Virus record (IMG/VR): IMGVR_UViG_3300043764_000023
Span: 1 to 48,893 of that record
DNA from: a virus
Taxonomy: Duplodnaviria > Caudoviricetes
Direction: 5' to 3' (one strand)
DNA length: 48,893 nucleotides
Shown: one piece after another, positions 37,081 to 45,390 of the stretch
Position numbering within the stretch: position 1 is the stretch's first letter
How the letters are laid out: each line of letters starts with the position of its first letter
Program-made: the position numbers and the translations under genes
Notes under the pieces: generated by a model
Told to the model about the DNA's origin: nothing
Seen by the model: only the letters and a program-made list of their open reading frames with translations
Database searches by the model: none

Positions 37081-37983
37081 TTATTTGTATTTGAGATAAT
37101 CTTCTTCGGTCATACCTAACTGTTTGGCAACATATCGTTCCTCATCTGTTAAGCTCTCAACCTTAGAAGGCTTACCGCTTTGGATACTGCGTGAACGTTT
37201 CGAACGTCCGCTTTCTTTGGCTAAGATTTCTTGCTCCGTTTGCTGCTTTAGTCCGTTGATAATTTTTTCCCCATGAACAGCGTATACAGCTTGTTTAAGA
37301 GGTAAGTCAACGTTTCGAGCAACGTTTAATATATAATCAACCGCTGAGTCCATATCTTCTGATGATAACATTGGAAATTCACTTGCAAGACGGTCTTTTT
37401 CTAAACCAATGTTGTTATTCCAAAGCTGGAAACGGACTTGATTCAGTTCCTTTTCAAGTTTAGTTGCCCTCTCATCTGATTCCTGTTGACGTTTTAACAC
37501 CTCAACTGGAACGTTCTGAGCTTTTGCTTGATCCTGAAGTTGCTGCTCTTTAATCTGAGCCATGATTACGTCAGGTGTCGTTCCGTATAATTCACTAAGC
37601 TGTTTCGCAAGTTGAAACTCAGGAGATTCACTTCGAACCTTCTCAATTTCAGCATCAATTCGAGCCTGTGTTTCACGTTCACGACGTTCACGAGCAAAAC
37701 GAGCATTTTCTTCTTTCGACTGAACTTTTTTCGCTGGTTCAGTATCTTCAGTAGAAGGTTCTTCGTCCTCATCAACATCTAGGTCATCGTCTGATGGTTC
37801 GTCGTCTTCAGGTTCTTCGTCTGATTCTTCAGGCTCTTTGTCCTCGTCTTCAGGCACTTCGTCCTCATCGTCGAATTCATCGAATTCACCTGCGTTGATT
37901 TTACGAATAGCTTCCATAATGTCTTCCTGACCAGTTGTTTCCGTAGCTTGTCCATCTTGATTTAGAGTAGTATTGTCTTCCAT
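37081..37983 (-). CDS. Capsid scaffolding protein
   Basis: Acidic N-terminus, ENARFARERRE, C-terminal LTDEER..AKQLGMTEEDYLKYK; start revised to 37983. Confidence 0.8.
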   Translation of the reverse strand: MEDNTTLNQDGQATETTGQEDIMEAIRKINAGEFDEFDDEDEVPEDEDKEPEESDEEPEDDEPSDDDLDVDEDEEPSTEDTEPAKKVQSKEENARFARERRERETQARIDAEIEKVRSESPEFQLAKQLSELYGTTPDVIMAQIKEQQLQDQAKAQNVPVEVLKRQQESDERATKLEKELNQVRFQLWNNNIGLEKDRLASEFPMLSSEDMDSAVDYILNVARNVDLPLKQAVYAVHGEKIINGLKQQTEQEILAKESGRSKRSRSIQSGKPSKVESLTDEERYVAKQLGMTEEDYLKYK

Positions 37984-38072
37984 GTGTATTCTCCTTCCCA
38001 TGTTTACGCTTGGGTAGCGAAATTGTATTCTAATTTCGTACTTACGCTTACGAATAGCGATTATATAGTCAT

Positions 38073-38101
38073 ATCATAACGAATTTTCAATATTTTGTAA
38101 A
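38073..38101 (-). promoter_or_regulatory. Sigma-A-like promoter for the scaffold-capsid operon
   Basis: TTTACA-17-TATGAT on the - strand. Confidence 0.55.
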
Positions 38102-38133
38102 CAATTTTTTACCAATTTTGTAATTATTTTTCA

Positions 38134-38163
38134 GTATAAAGTGTATTTTAGGTGGTGATACTA
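38134..38163 (+). promoter_or_regulatory. Sigma-F/sigma-G (forespore) type promoter
   Basis: GTATA-15-GGTGATACTA matches GYWTA-15-GGNRANANTW. Confidence 0.65.
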
Positions 38164-38180
38164 CAAACTAAGGTGTATTT

Positions 38181-38552
38181 ATGGGGGTGATTGTCTTCTC
38201 AGGAGCTATACATTGGAGGATGTGTTTACTTCTATGGATATTGTGGTATTTTCAGACAGGTGTATGGGTTAATCCTGTTATTGCCCTATTTGCAACGTTA
38301 CTTCCTGACGCAGATCATCCAAAAGCACCGATGGGTAGGTTTATTCCGCTTCATTTATTTTGTAAGCATAGAGGATTTACTCACTCATTTGAAGGAATGT
38401 TTTTGTTCTCCTTACCGTGCTTATTCATATCTGTGAACTTTTGGATTTCGTTTCTATTTGGGTACCTAGTGCATCTATGGATGGATGCTATGACCTATAC
38501 GTCTGTCAAGTGGTTTTATTTCTACAAACGAAAAAAGAGCCTACCGTTTTAA
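38181..38552 (+). CDS. YdjM-like membrane metal-dependent hydrolase
   Basis: SGAIH, LLPDADHP, HRGFTHS, GYLVHLWMD. Confidence 0.85.
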   Translation: MGVIVFSGAIHWRMCLLLWILWYFQTGVWVNPVIALFATLLPDADHPKAPMGRFIPLHLFCKHRGFTHSFEGMFLFSLPCLFISVNFWISFLFGYLVHLWMDAMTYTSVKWFYFYKRKKSLPF

Positions 38553-38566
38553 GGTAAGCTCTTTTT
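38531..38566. terminator. Bidirectional terminator
   Basis: A6-GAGCCTACC-loop-GGTAAGCTC-T5. Confidence 0.8.
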
Positions 38567-38750
38567 AGGCTTTCTGAGTTTAACGTCTTTAAAGCAGCTC
38601 GGACGGGACTTATGGTTAAAGGTCATACATTGTATGACTAATTAAGGTAAAGATAAACCACGATTAGTTTATCGCCTTGCGTGGGTCGGGCAACTTGGTA
38701 ACAGTAACTTGCAGGAAACTGTTGATTCATTGATACAAAAACTTAGATTT
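38531..38750 (-). ncRNA. Putative ~220-nt structured sRNA
   Basis: Own promoter (TTGACA-17-TAGTAT at 38785-38757), terminator, several hairpins, no RBS-led ORF. Confidence 0.55.
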
Positions 38751-38787
38751 GTTCTTATACTAAACTAAGTTGTCTGAATTGTCAAGC

Positions 38788-39018
38788 CTATGCTTCGACT
38801 GGAATATCACAGTTTTCATTCGTTGCGATTTCCCAGTCATCTTGAAGGATGCCAGCAAGTGTGAATAGAATATCTGCTGTGTCTTTTAAGAAGATAACTG
38901 ATCCGTCTTTTGAATGAATTTCGAGTTGACCGTATTTATAAACCCAGTACCCTCTCCATACTTTACGTTTAATTGGTGTACCTGCTACTAAATTTGCAAA
39001 TAATTCTTTGAATGTCAT
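38788..39018 (-). CDS. DUF2829/Tad2-like small protein
   Basis: MTF.E....L..G..IKR..W.GYW...IL.DDWEI. Confidence 0.6.
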   Translation of the reverse strand: MTFKELFANLVAGTPIKRKVWRGYWVYKYGQLEIHSKDGSVIFLKDTADILFTLAGILQDDWEIATNENCDIPVEA

Positions 39019-39051
39019 TTCACGTTCCCCATTTCATTTATATTGTAGTGC

Positions 39052-41004
39052 TTAACTACCTTGAGTCATATTTGCTCCTGCGGTTTCGTTCATTACTCCT
39101 TGTCTTTGCCCTTGAGGACTTGCAGGAGTTCCCATTCCTCCGCCTATATCTAAGACCTGACTCACTCCTGTTGAGTTCGTTGTCTGAACTAACTGGTTAA
39201 TCATCGGCTGAATTTGCTGCGTGATTTGGTCGTCTGTCATACCTTTTCCTTTTAGCATTTTGGCTTGCTGAACAATACCCATAATGTTTTGGCTCATTGT
39301 TTGTGATTCTTGCGACTGCATCTTAACTCTGTCTTGCTGCATACGGGCTAGAACGTCCTCTTTATTATCAAAGTCCTGAAGGACAATCCATTCTTCAGGT
39401 GTAATGATCGGAGGATTGAACTGGAACTGACCCTGCATCTGCATTAATTTGTCTGCTTGCTGACGTTTTGCAGCCTGAGTCATCGGAGCTTTAGCGTATA
39501 CGTTTGAACGTAATCGCCACTCTAAATTATCAACGACCATATCAGGTAGCGGAGTCCATGTATCATACTGAGCTTGTCCGTTTAACTGACGAGTCATGAT
39601 TGGTCTTGGCTCTTTCCAGTAACAAATGATGAATTTAATGATTAGCATAGATAAATCTTCAACAAAGTCATCAATCTGCACTGATTTATCCTTATCACGC
39701 ACTGTCGCACGTTCGATTAAGCTATCAACACCTGTTGATGTTGTAAGTGACCCGACCGATTGACCCATATAGGCTTCAGATAGCCCTGCCATATCCTTAA
39801 TATCGGCTTTCATGCGATCTTCAATCTCAAATAGACCCTTTGGAATATCAGGCGGTTCAATCTTTTCAACCGCATTTGGTACGTTTGAAGTCCAAACTTT
39901 ACCCGGAAGTGTACCCGTTCTACTCATCTCAGATGCATTAATCCCTGAGTCCCGAAGGACTACTTTTTGAGGATTTTGGTGTAATGTACCGATGATTGAA
40001 GCTGTCTGTGCTGTTTTGTTGATAATCTTTTGGTTTTCAAGCATATCCATAGCAGTTGACGTACCCCAAAAGTCCATATCTTCTTCCTCATCGTATAGAA
40101 TTGCGAATGGGTACTCATTTACTGGTATGTCCTCCTCTTTGTATAGTAAAAAGTCAGTATTCCATAAGTAATAGCTTACGTCTACTTGCCACTTACCTTC
40201 ACTATTTTTAAATCGTTCAAAGTGATGGTGAACTGTGCACATATCATCACCTGTGTCACGCTGATTTCCGTTCGAGGTCATGTTGTTATCACGAATGTAA
40301 ATGTCACCTGTTGCATCACTTTCTCTTTGTAAGTCCGAAAATTTCAAATTCTCAAGTCGTTTTCCTGCGTACTGTTTATACGTTGGGTCATTTTTAACAC
40401 TTGAAAAAGCGATGTTTTCTGTCACTTCGATAAATTTACACTGATTTTTTGAATAAGCATCAGGATCAGGAAAGAAATTTGCATTGTTAATCCGTTTCAT
40501 CTTGACATTGTACTTATACAGCATGTTACCTGAGTGGTTTTCCCCGTAATATTTTCCTTTCACTTCTTCATCAACATACACATAAGCAATGCTTGTCCCA
40601 TGAAGTAAGGCACGATCTACACATCTGCGAACTAAAAGCGTTGCCTTTTCCTCATCCCACACATGCTCGTAAGCCTTTTGAAGATGCTCAACAAGTGGTG
40701 CATCAAGGGGTGTCATCGGTGTTAACTCCGCTCTAGGGACGTTTAGGGCTAAATTGGCTCTTTTTGTCGTGCGAATCATTCGAATGAGGTTGGTTACGGG
40801 CTTAGGAAGCCAAACTGGTAAGCTAACAGTCTCCCATTGTTTCCCTCTGTCGAACAAGTCAAGCATCTTCCACTGTTGGTGCATTGTACCAACTGCTGAC
40901 TCCGCTTTCCTGAAACGACGGATCATCTTTTGAACTAACTTCTTTTGGTCTTCGTCTGTTAGCTGTGAAACTGCGACCTGTGTTGTTTGGTCAATTTGTG
41001 TCAT
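39052..41004 (-). CDS. Portal protein
   Basis: G.QW, PVTNLI, FFPDPDA, YPF...FWG.S, QKIINK, TSTGV; Q-rich tail; start revised to 41004. Confidence 0.85.
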   Translation of the reverse strand: MTQIDQTTQVAVSQLTDEDQKKLVQKMIRRFRKAESAVGTMHQQWKMLDLFDRGKQWETVSLPVWLPKPVTNLIRMIRTTKRANLALNVPRAELTPMTPLDAPLVEHLQKAYEHVWDEEKATLLVRRCVDRALLHGTSIAYVYVDEEVKGKYYGENHSGNMLYKYNVKMKRINNANFFPDPDAYSKNQCKFIEVTENIAFSSVKNDPTYKQYAGKRLENLKFSDLQRESDATGDIYIRDNNMTSNGNQRDTGDDMCTVHHHFERFKNSEGKWQVDVSYYLWNTDFLLYKEEDIPVNEYPFAILYDEEEDMDFWGTSTAMDMLENQKIINKTAQTASIIGTLHQNPQKVVLRDSGINASEMSRTGTLPGKVWTSNVPNAVEKIEPPDIPKGLFEIEDRMKADIKDMAGLSEAYMGQSVGSLTTSTGVDSLIERATVRDKDKSVQIDDFVEDLSMLIIKFIICYWKEPRPIMTRQLNGQAQYDTWTPLPDMVVDNLEWRLRSNVYAKAPMTQAAKRQQADKLMQMQGQFQFNPPIITPEEWIVLQDFDNKEDVLARMQQDRVKMQSQESQTMSQNIMGIVQQAKMLKGKGMTDDQITQQIQPMINQLVQTTNSTGVSQVLDIGGGMGTPASPQGQRQGVMNETAGANMTQGS

Positions 41005-41315
41005 TCTTCCATCCCTCCGTTCACAATATCGACTCCATGATCTGCAAGCCACTGTCTAGTTGCGAAATCAGTAAAACCATACTCATCCGCATACTTTTCA
41101 GGTTCTTTTTCAGGCTGATATGGCTGTATCGGTTTTAGTTTGACAACTGCTTTCACATCATTCAGTAAAAATACACCTTCAGCTAGTGCAACTGCATGCT
41201 CCTCATCAACAACCGCTTTACTTACCTTATCAAATTCAGATTTTGTCCATTCGATTACACGAAATGTTTCGTTCATGTAGTGTATTTGGTACTCATACTT
41301 ATTTGGCTTTGTCAT
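41001..41315 (-). CDS. Hypothetical protein
   Basis: 104 aa, AAGGAG RBS. Confidence 0.7.
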   Translation of the reverse strand: MTKPNKYEYQIHYMNETFRVIEWTKSEFDKVSKAVVDEEHAVALAEGVFLLNDVKAVVKLKPIQPYQPEKEPEKYADEYGFTDFATRQWLADHGVDIVNGGMEE

Positions 41316-41332
41316 GTATTCGCTCCTTTCTA

Positions 41333-42835
41333 TTAATAGTATGCAAGATAATCCAACTCTTTTTCGTTATCATCGTCGTATTCGATTGTATCATATATTT
41401 TGTACTCACTGTAGTGTTTAGGTGGCTCATACGCTTCATTTTCGAGCATTGACGGGTCATCAGGCAACCTGGCTATAAGGTATCTAGTTGCATCTAAAAT
41501 ATGATCGTTTGCCTTGATTGGTCTTTCGTCTTGGTTCTCGTTTTCGTTATCCATATCTAGCTCAGGATAAACATATCCAAGAGCTTCTTTAACAAAGTTA
41601 ATACACGTTTTATAGACTTTCAATTTCTTCTGTTCGATGTATGCGTTCACTTTCGCAAGACCGTATTCCATACTATTGTTACCTAGCTGGAAGTAAAGTC
41701 CGTATTCTTGGAAATGTGACTGTACGGATTTCCCTTCGATTGGGTTTGTCCTTGCTTTTGTAGCTGGGTCGATGACCATAAATCGTATTTTACCGATTGG
41801 AATTTCCTCAAGTAGTGCCTTGATTGCTTTTGCGTGTTCAGGAAGTGTCTTTTCAGGTACATAGTATTCGTTATAGATAACTACCTCACCCGATTTCGGA
41901 TTAATCGCCCCAAAAGCGACCGCTGTTGGGTTACGAATACCCCAGTCTGCTCCAATTACCCGTTCCCAGTCCTTAGGTATACCGAAACGATCTGTGTCCT
42001 TTGTTACTTCATATGGGTCAATGAATGTTTCAGCAATAGTCGGGTAGACCATACCACTATTATATTCGAAACTACCCATGAAGAACTTCTGCACGTACCA
42101 GTCTGCTTTACCTTTTGTATTCATCTCAATGAAATTAGGTGGTAAAAACGTATTTAAAGCGGTTTTCCATACAAAAGTACGAATAAACTGATTGTAACGG
42201 TCATGTTGTGGGTGATTTGGGTCTTTACGGGCTTCATTATCTACGAACTCGTCCTTAATCCATGTGTTTGCAGGGTTAGAGCAAACGATAATTGCTTTAT
42301 TTTTAACGAAAACGTCCCTCATACGGGATTGGAGCTGTGTATAAATACTCTTTTTGATCCCTGAAACCTCTTCAAGGTGAACCAAGCCAATCGTCATCGA
42401 ACGAATACGCTGCTCGTCCTCAGTCGGAACGCAGTAAATTGTAAACCCGTTGACGAGCCTAATCTCTCCATCACTCTTATTATAGTATTCTATTAAAGGA
42501 GGTGGGCATATCTCATCAAACCACAGTTTTAGAGTTGTTTTCTTTAATTGTCCCATTGTCTGAGCTGCGAAAATACCTGATCCCCTGTCGTTTTCAAGTG
42601 CCCTCATTAGGAACTCTTGGAGGGTTGCCCTCGATTTTCCACTTCCGTAACCCCCAAAACAAGCTATGATGTCAATTCCGCCCCCAGTCGATACCTGATG
42701 CATCTCTTCTTGATAAGGCATAGGAATATACGTTAACTGCATCGCATTACACTTATTACAAACTTTGTAGCTAGGATGGTTATCAGGTGGCTCGACCATG
42801 TGTCCTACATGGCAATTTGAACAGTGATGGCTCAT
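41333..42835 (-). CDS. terL: Terminase large subunit
   Basis: GGYGSGKS, HLEE, CSNP, GADWG..NPT, NDHILDATRY; N-terminal CxxC/CxxC. Confidence 0.92.
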   Translation of the reverse strand: MSHHCSNCHVGHMVEPPDNHPSYKVCNKCNAMQLTYIPMPYQEEMHQVSTGGGIDIIACFGGYGSGKSRATLQEFLMRALENDRGSGIFAAQTMGQLKKTTLKLWFDEICPPPLIEYYNKSDGEIRLVNGFTIYCVPTEDEQRIRSMTIGLVHLEEVSGIKKSIYTQLQSRMRDVFVKNKAIIVCSNPANTWIKDEFVDNEARKDPNHPQHDRYNQFIRTFVWKTALNTFLPPNFIEMNTKGKADWYVQKFFMGSFEYNSGMVYPTIAETFIDPYEVTKDTDRFGIPKDWERVIGADWGIRNPTAVAFGAINPKSGEVVIYNEYYVPEKTLPEHAKAIKALLEEIPIGKIRFMVIDPATKARTNPIEGKSVQSHFQEYGLYFQLGNNSMEYGLAKVNAYIEQKKLKVYKTCINFVKEALGYVYPELDMDNENENQDERPIKANDHILDATRYLIARLPDDPSMLENEAYEPPKHYSEYKIYDTIEYDDDNEKELDYLAYY

Positions 42836-42848
42836 GAGTCAATCCCTC

Positions 42849-43526
42849 CTAGATACTACCCTTACTATTAGGGTTTAACTTCTGTGTTAGCTTTTGCTGT
42901 TCTTTCGCTTGCTGTAAGTCTTGTTCGTGCTGTGCTTGCGTATGGACTATTTGCTGACCATGATTTATTTCTTTTTGCTGAACTGCTTGAATGTGTGTTG
43001 CTTGATTTTGCTCCATGTTTTGCACTTGTTGTGCGAGTTTATTTTGATGCTCCTGCTGTCTAAACTGCATCGTTAAATCATGAGATTGCTGGTTATGAAC
43101 TAAGCTCTGCTGATGAGCCTGAGCCTTCATTTGTAAGTCCGCTGCTTTCATCTGCATGTCGGCTTGAGGGTTTGGCTGACCTAGCAAGGTATAGATTTGG
43201 GTAATTGCCTGTGCCCCTTGCAGAACAACGTGTGCCTTTGTCTGAGCATCTAAGTCCTGACGGTTAACTAGCCCTAAGTAGTAGTTCGCTGTTTGGAGAG
43301 CTACTTCGTTCAAAACGTCCGACGGGTCTAGTTGTGGTTCGGATTGTTCTTGCTGAGGTGTTTCCATTCCTTCGTTCGGGTCGTTCGGTTCGCCCTGTTC
43401 AGGTTGCTCCATTTGGTTAGGGTCTTGCCCTTGCATTTGTTCGTTCGGGTCTTCTTGCTGGCTTGGGTCTTGTTGACCTTGTTGTGCTGCTTGGACCTGT
43501 GCTAATTGATTTGGGTCGATACTCAT
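42849..43526 (-). CDS. Gln-rich hypothetical protein
   Basis: 225 aa, Q/P/E-rich N-terminus, Q/H-rich coiled C-terminus. Confidence 0.7.
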   Translation of the reverse strand: MSIDPNQLAQVQAAQQGQQDPSQQEDPNEQMQGQDPNQMEQPEQGEPNDPNEGMETPQQEQSEPQLDPSDVLNEVALQTANYYLGLVNRQDLDAQTKAHVVLQGAQAITQIYTLLGQPNPQADMQMKAADLQMKAQAHQQSLVHNQQSHDLTMQFRQQEHQNKLAQQVQNMEQNQATHIQAVQQKEINHGQQIVHTQAQHEQDLQQAKEQQKLTQKLNPNSKGSI

Positions 43527-43711
43527 ATCATATACCCCTCCTTGATTAATTTAGCTGAAAGTTCATGGTACTCCTGAAGCCATCCGTAGGATATTTCCTT
43601 TCCTGCCTTTTCAAAACGATCCATTGCTTCTATGATTTCTTGTAATCGTTGCTTTTCTCTAATATATCTAGGAACTAACCCAAGTGGTGGTTTTTCGTAT
43701 GCTTCGCTCAT
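43523..43711 (-). CDS. Hypothetical phage protein
   Basis: KPPLGLVP...W..EY.EL pattern. Confidence 0.7.
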   Translation of the reverse strand: MSEAYEKPPLGLVPRYIREKQRLQEIIEAMDRFEKAGKEISYGWLQEYHELSAKLIKEGYMI

Positions 43712-43833
43712 TTATCTCTCTCCTTCTTTTTCAATTTATCGTCAATCCATATGACTGTTTTGGCGAATAGGATTAAACCTCCTACGAAACCTACGATATA
43801 TGTTGTAATTAAACCTACGGTATAGATGAACAT
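43708..43833 (-). CDS. Small single-TM protein (41 aa)
   Basis: AAGGAGG RBS; MFIYTVGLITTYIVGFVGGLILF... Confidence 0.6.
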   Translation of the reverse strand: MFIYTVGLITTYIVGFVGGLILFAKTVIWIDDKLKKKERDK

Positions 43834-43905
43834 TTGATTTCCTCCTTAGCTATTTGAGTTGTTTTATTCTCAGTATAGCTAATGTCCTAATAATTAGAAC
43901 TATGG

Positions 43906-44316
43906 TCACTCATCCTTCGATAAATTTTGTTCACTTTGTGGTCTTGGTATTTGATGTAAGATGATCTTCGTTTTGTTATCCTGAGCTTTCTCAGCTGTTA
44001 GTTCTTGGATTTGTCTTGCAGCTTGTGCGTTTCCTTCTAGTGCCATCGTTAGGAGAGAACGGAAGGATTGCCTTTGTGCGATCTGACCTAAGAACTGCAT
44101 CTGTGACTTGATGTATTGGTTCGTTGGTTCTAGCTCTAGGAACTCTTTCCATGTGTCGGGTGTTGCTAGGTTTGTTTTTCTATGGATTAGTTCCGGTTGG
44201 TCAAATAGGAAATCGGTTTGTTGTTCGAATGTATTTGCTAGTTTTTGGAATACAGCTTGTTTATCCCTTGTGTATTCTTGGAATGGCTTGTAGTTTTGTA
44301 GTAATTCTATAAGCAT
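43906..44316 (-). CDS. Probable terminase small subunit
   Basis: First late gene next to the putative packaging region; helical, GNAQAARQI; GGAGG RBS gives start 44316. Confidence 0.5.
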   Translation of the reverse strand: MLIELLQNYKPFQEYTRDKQAVFQKLANTFEQQTDFLFDQPELIHRKTNLATPDTWKEFLELEPTNQYIKSQMQFLGQIAQRQSFRSLLTMALEGNAQAARQIQELTAEKAQDNKTKIILHQIPRPQSEQNLSKDE

Positions 44317-44350
44317 GAATACACCTCCCTTGTGTATGTCTGTATACATT

Positions 44351-44379
44351 AGTTTAGCATGGATGTATTCTATTTGCTA
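44351..44379 (-). promoter_or_regulatory. Promoter for late/packaging genes
   Basis: TAGCAA-17-TAAACT with TG extension on the - strand. Confidence 0.5.
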
Positions 44380-44409
44380 GAGTTTTCTGTAATTTGTGGG
44401 GAAAATAAA

Positions 44410-44530
44410 ATTGGGAAAGGTAGGGGGATTTCACGATATTCCCACCTCTCGCGACCTAAACCGCTGCGGTAGGGACTCAGTTTTTGACCCTAGTACCCCA
44501 CGTGGGTAGGGCATAGTCCGCCCCTCCACA
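44410..44530. other. GC-rich palindromic island, candidate packaging/terminus site
   Basis: Three GGTAGGG copies and palindromes ACCGCTGCGGT and CCCACGTGGG between the divergent late and early genes. Confidence 0.45.
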
Positions 44531-44669
44531 CCTATTAAAAGAAATAGCTCAAAGCAACCTCACGTTACACATAGCGATTTACTTTACACATGATGTATGC
44601 AAATTACCCTTGTCATATGTAGTTTTGATAATTTGTATTAAAAAGTTTAATTTATTATGCATATAATGT

Positions 44670-44698
44670 TTGACATATGGATATACTTATAGTAAGAT
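44670..44698 (+). promoter_or_regulatory. Early sigma-A promoter 1
   Basis: TTGACA-17-TAAGAT followed by AAGAGTATA. Confidence 0.8.
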
Positions 44699-44740
44699 AA
44701 GAGTATAGAAAACAAACAAAACAAATCGGAGGTAATACAA

Positions 44741-44908
44741 ATGAACACACTAACTAACTGGAATGAGCTAATGGAAAGATGTACTAACAATGGCACAGTA
44801 AAGGCGAGCGTAACCGTTGAACTATTAAATGAAATGGTTGAACGTCAAGTATCCCTCAAAGTCATGGCAACTCACAAAAATAGAATAATCGTGAAAGTTT
44901 ACGAATAA
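44741..44908 (+). CDS. Early 55-aa protein, paralog 1
   Basis: GGAGG RBS; MNTLTNWNEL...IVKVYE. Confidence 0.8.
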   Translation: MNTLTNWNELMERCTNNGTVKASVTVELLNEMVERQVSLKVMATHKNRIIVKVYE

Positions 44909-44935
44909 AAGTAAAATAAATAATGAATAATAAGT

Positions 44936-44964
44936 TTGACAAACGCATACAATAGTAGTACAAT
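44936..44964 (+). promoter_or_regulatory. Early sigma-A promoter 2
   Basis: TTGACA-17-TACAAT followed by AAGAGTATA. Confidence 0.8.
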
Positions 44965-45076
44965 AAGAGTATACAAAGAACACCGAATACTAAGGATAAC
45001 GCTAGTACGCATGAAGCAGGAAAATGTATCCACTGGTTAGTAGGTGTTCACAACTAAACAATTGGAGGTTTTACAA

Positions 45077-45244
45077 ATGAAGACATTAACAAACTGGAAT
45101 GAGTTTATTAACACATGTGCGAATCAAGGAACATTCACAACTGATGTGAGCATTGAGTTACTAAAAGAAATGGAAGACCGTCAAGTGTCATTCGGTATTC
45201 AGTCAATATCAGCCGAACGTATTACGGTTAAGGTGTATGAGTAA
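45077..45244 (+). CDS. Early 55-aa protein, paralog 2
   Basis: GGAGG RBS; MKTLTNWNEF...ITVKVYE; 29/55 identical to 44741. Confidence 0.8.
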   Translation: MKTLTNWNEFINTCANQGTFTTDVSIELLKEMEDRQVSFGIQSISAERITVKVYE

Positions 45245-45360
45245 TGCAAGCAATCATCAACCGTCACATTAAACTAGCTGAACAACTAAAACACACGAAC
45301 AAAGCACAATCTGAGTATCACGCATACATGGCAATGCAATTACAAATGTCAGGCAAATAA
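45244..45360 (+). CDS. Small early protein (38 aa)
   Basis: TAATG coupling; MQAIINRHIKLAEQ... Confidence 0.55.
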   Translation: MQAIINRHIKLAEQLKHTNKAQSEYHAYMAMQLQMSGK

Positions 45361-45390
45361 CAAATACAAAAACAATTGGAGGAATTAACA

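Noticed and set aside
44978-45049. Hammerhead/twister ribozyme or known riboswitch
   Set aside because: Required core motifs (e.g. CUGANGA...GAAA) are absent.
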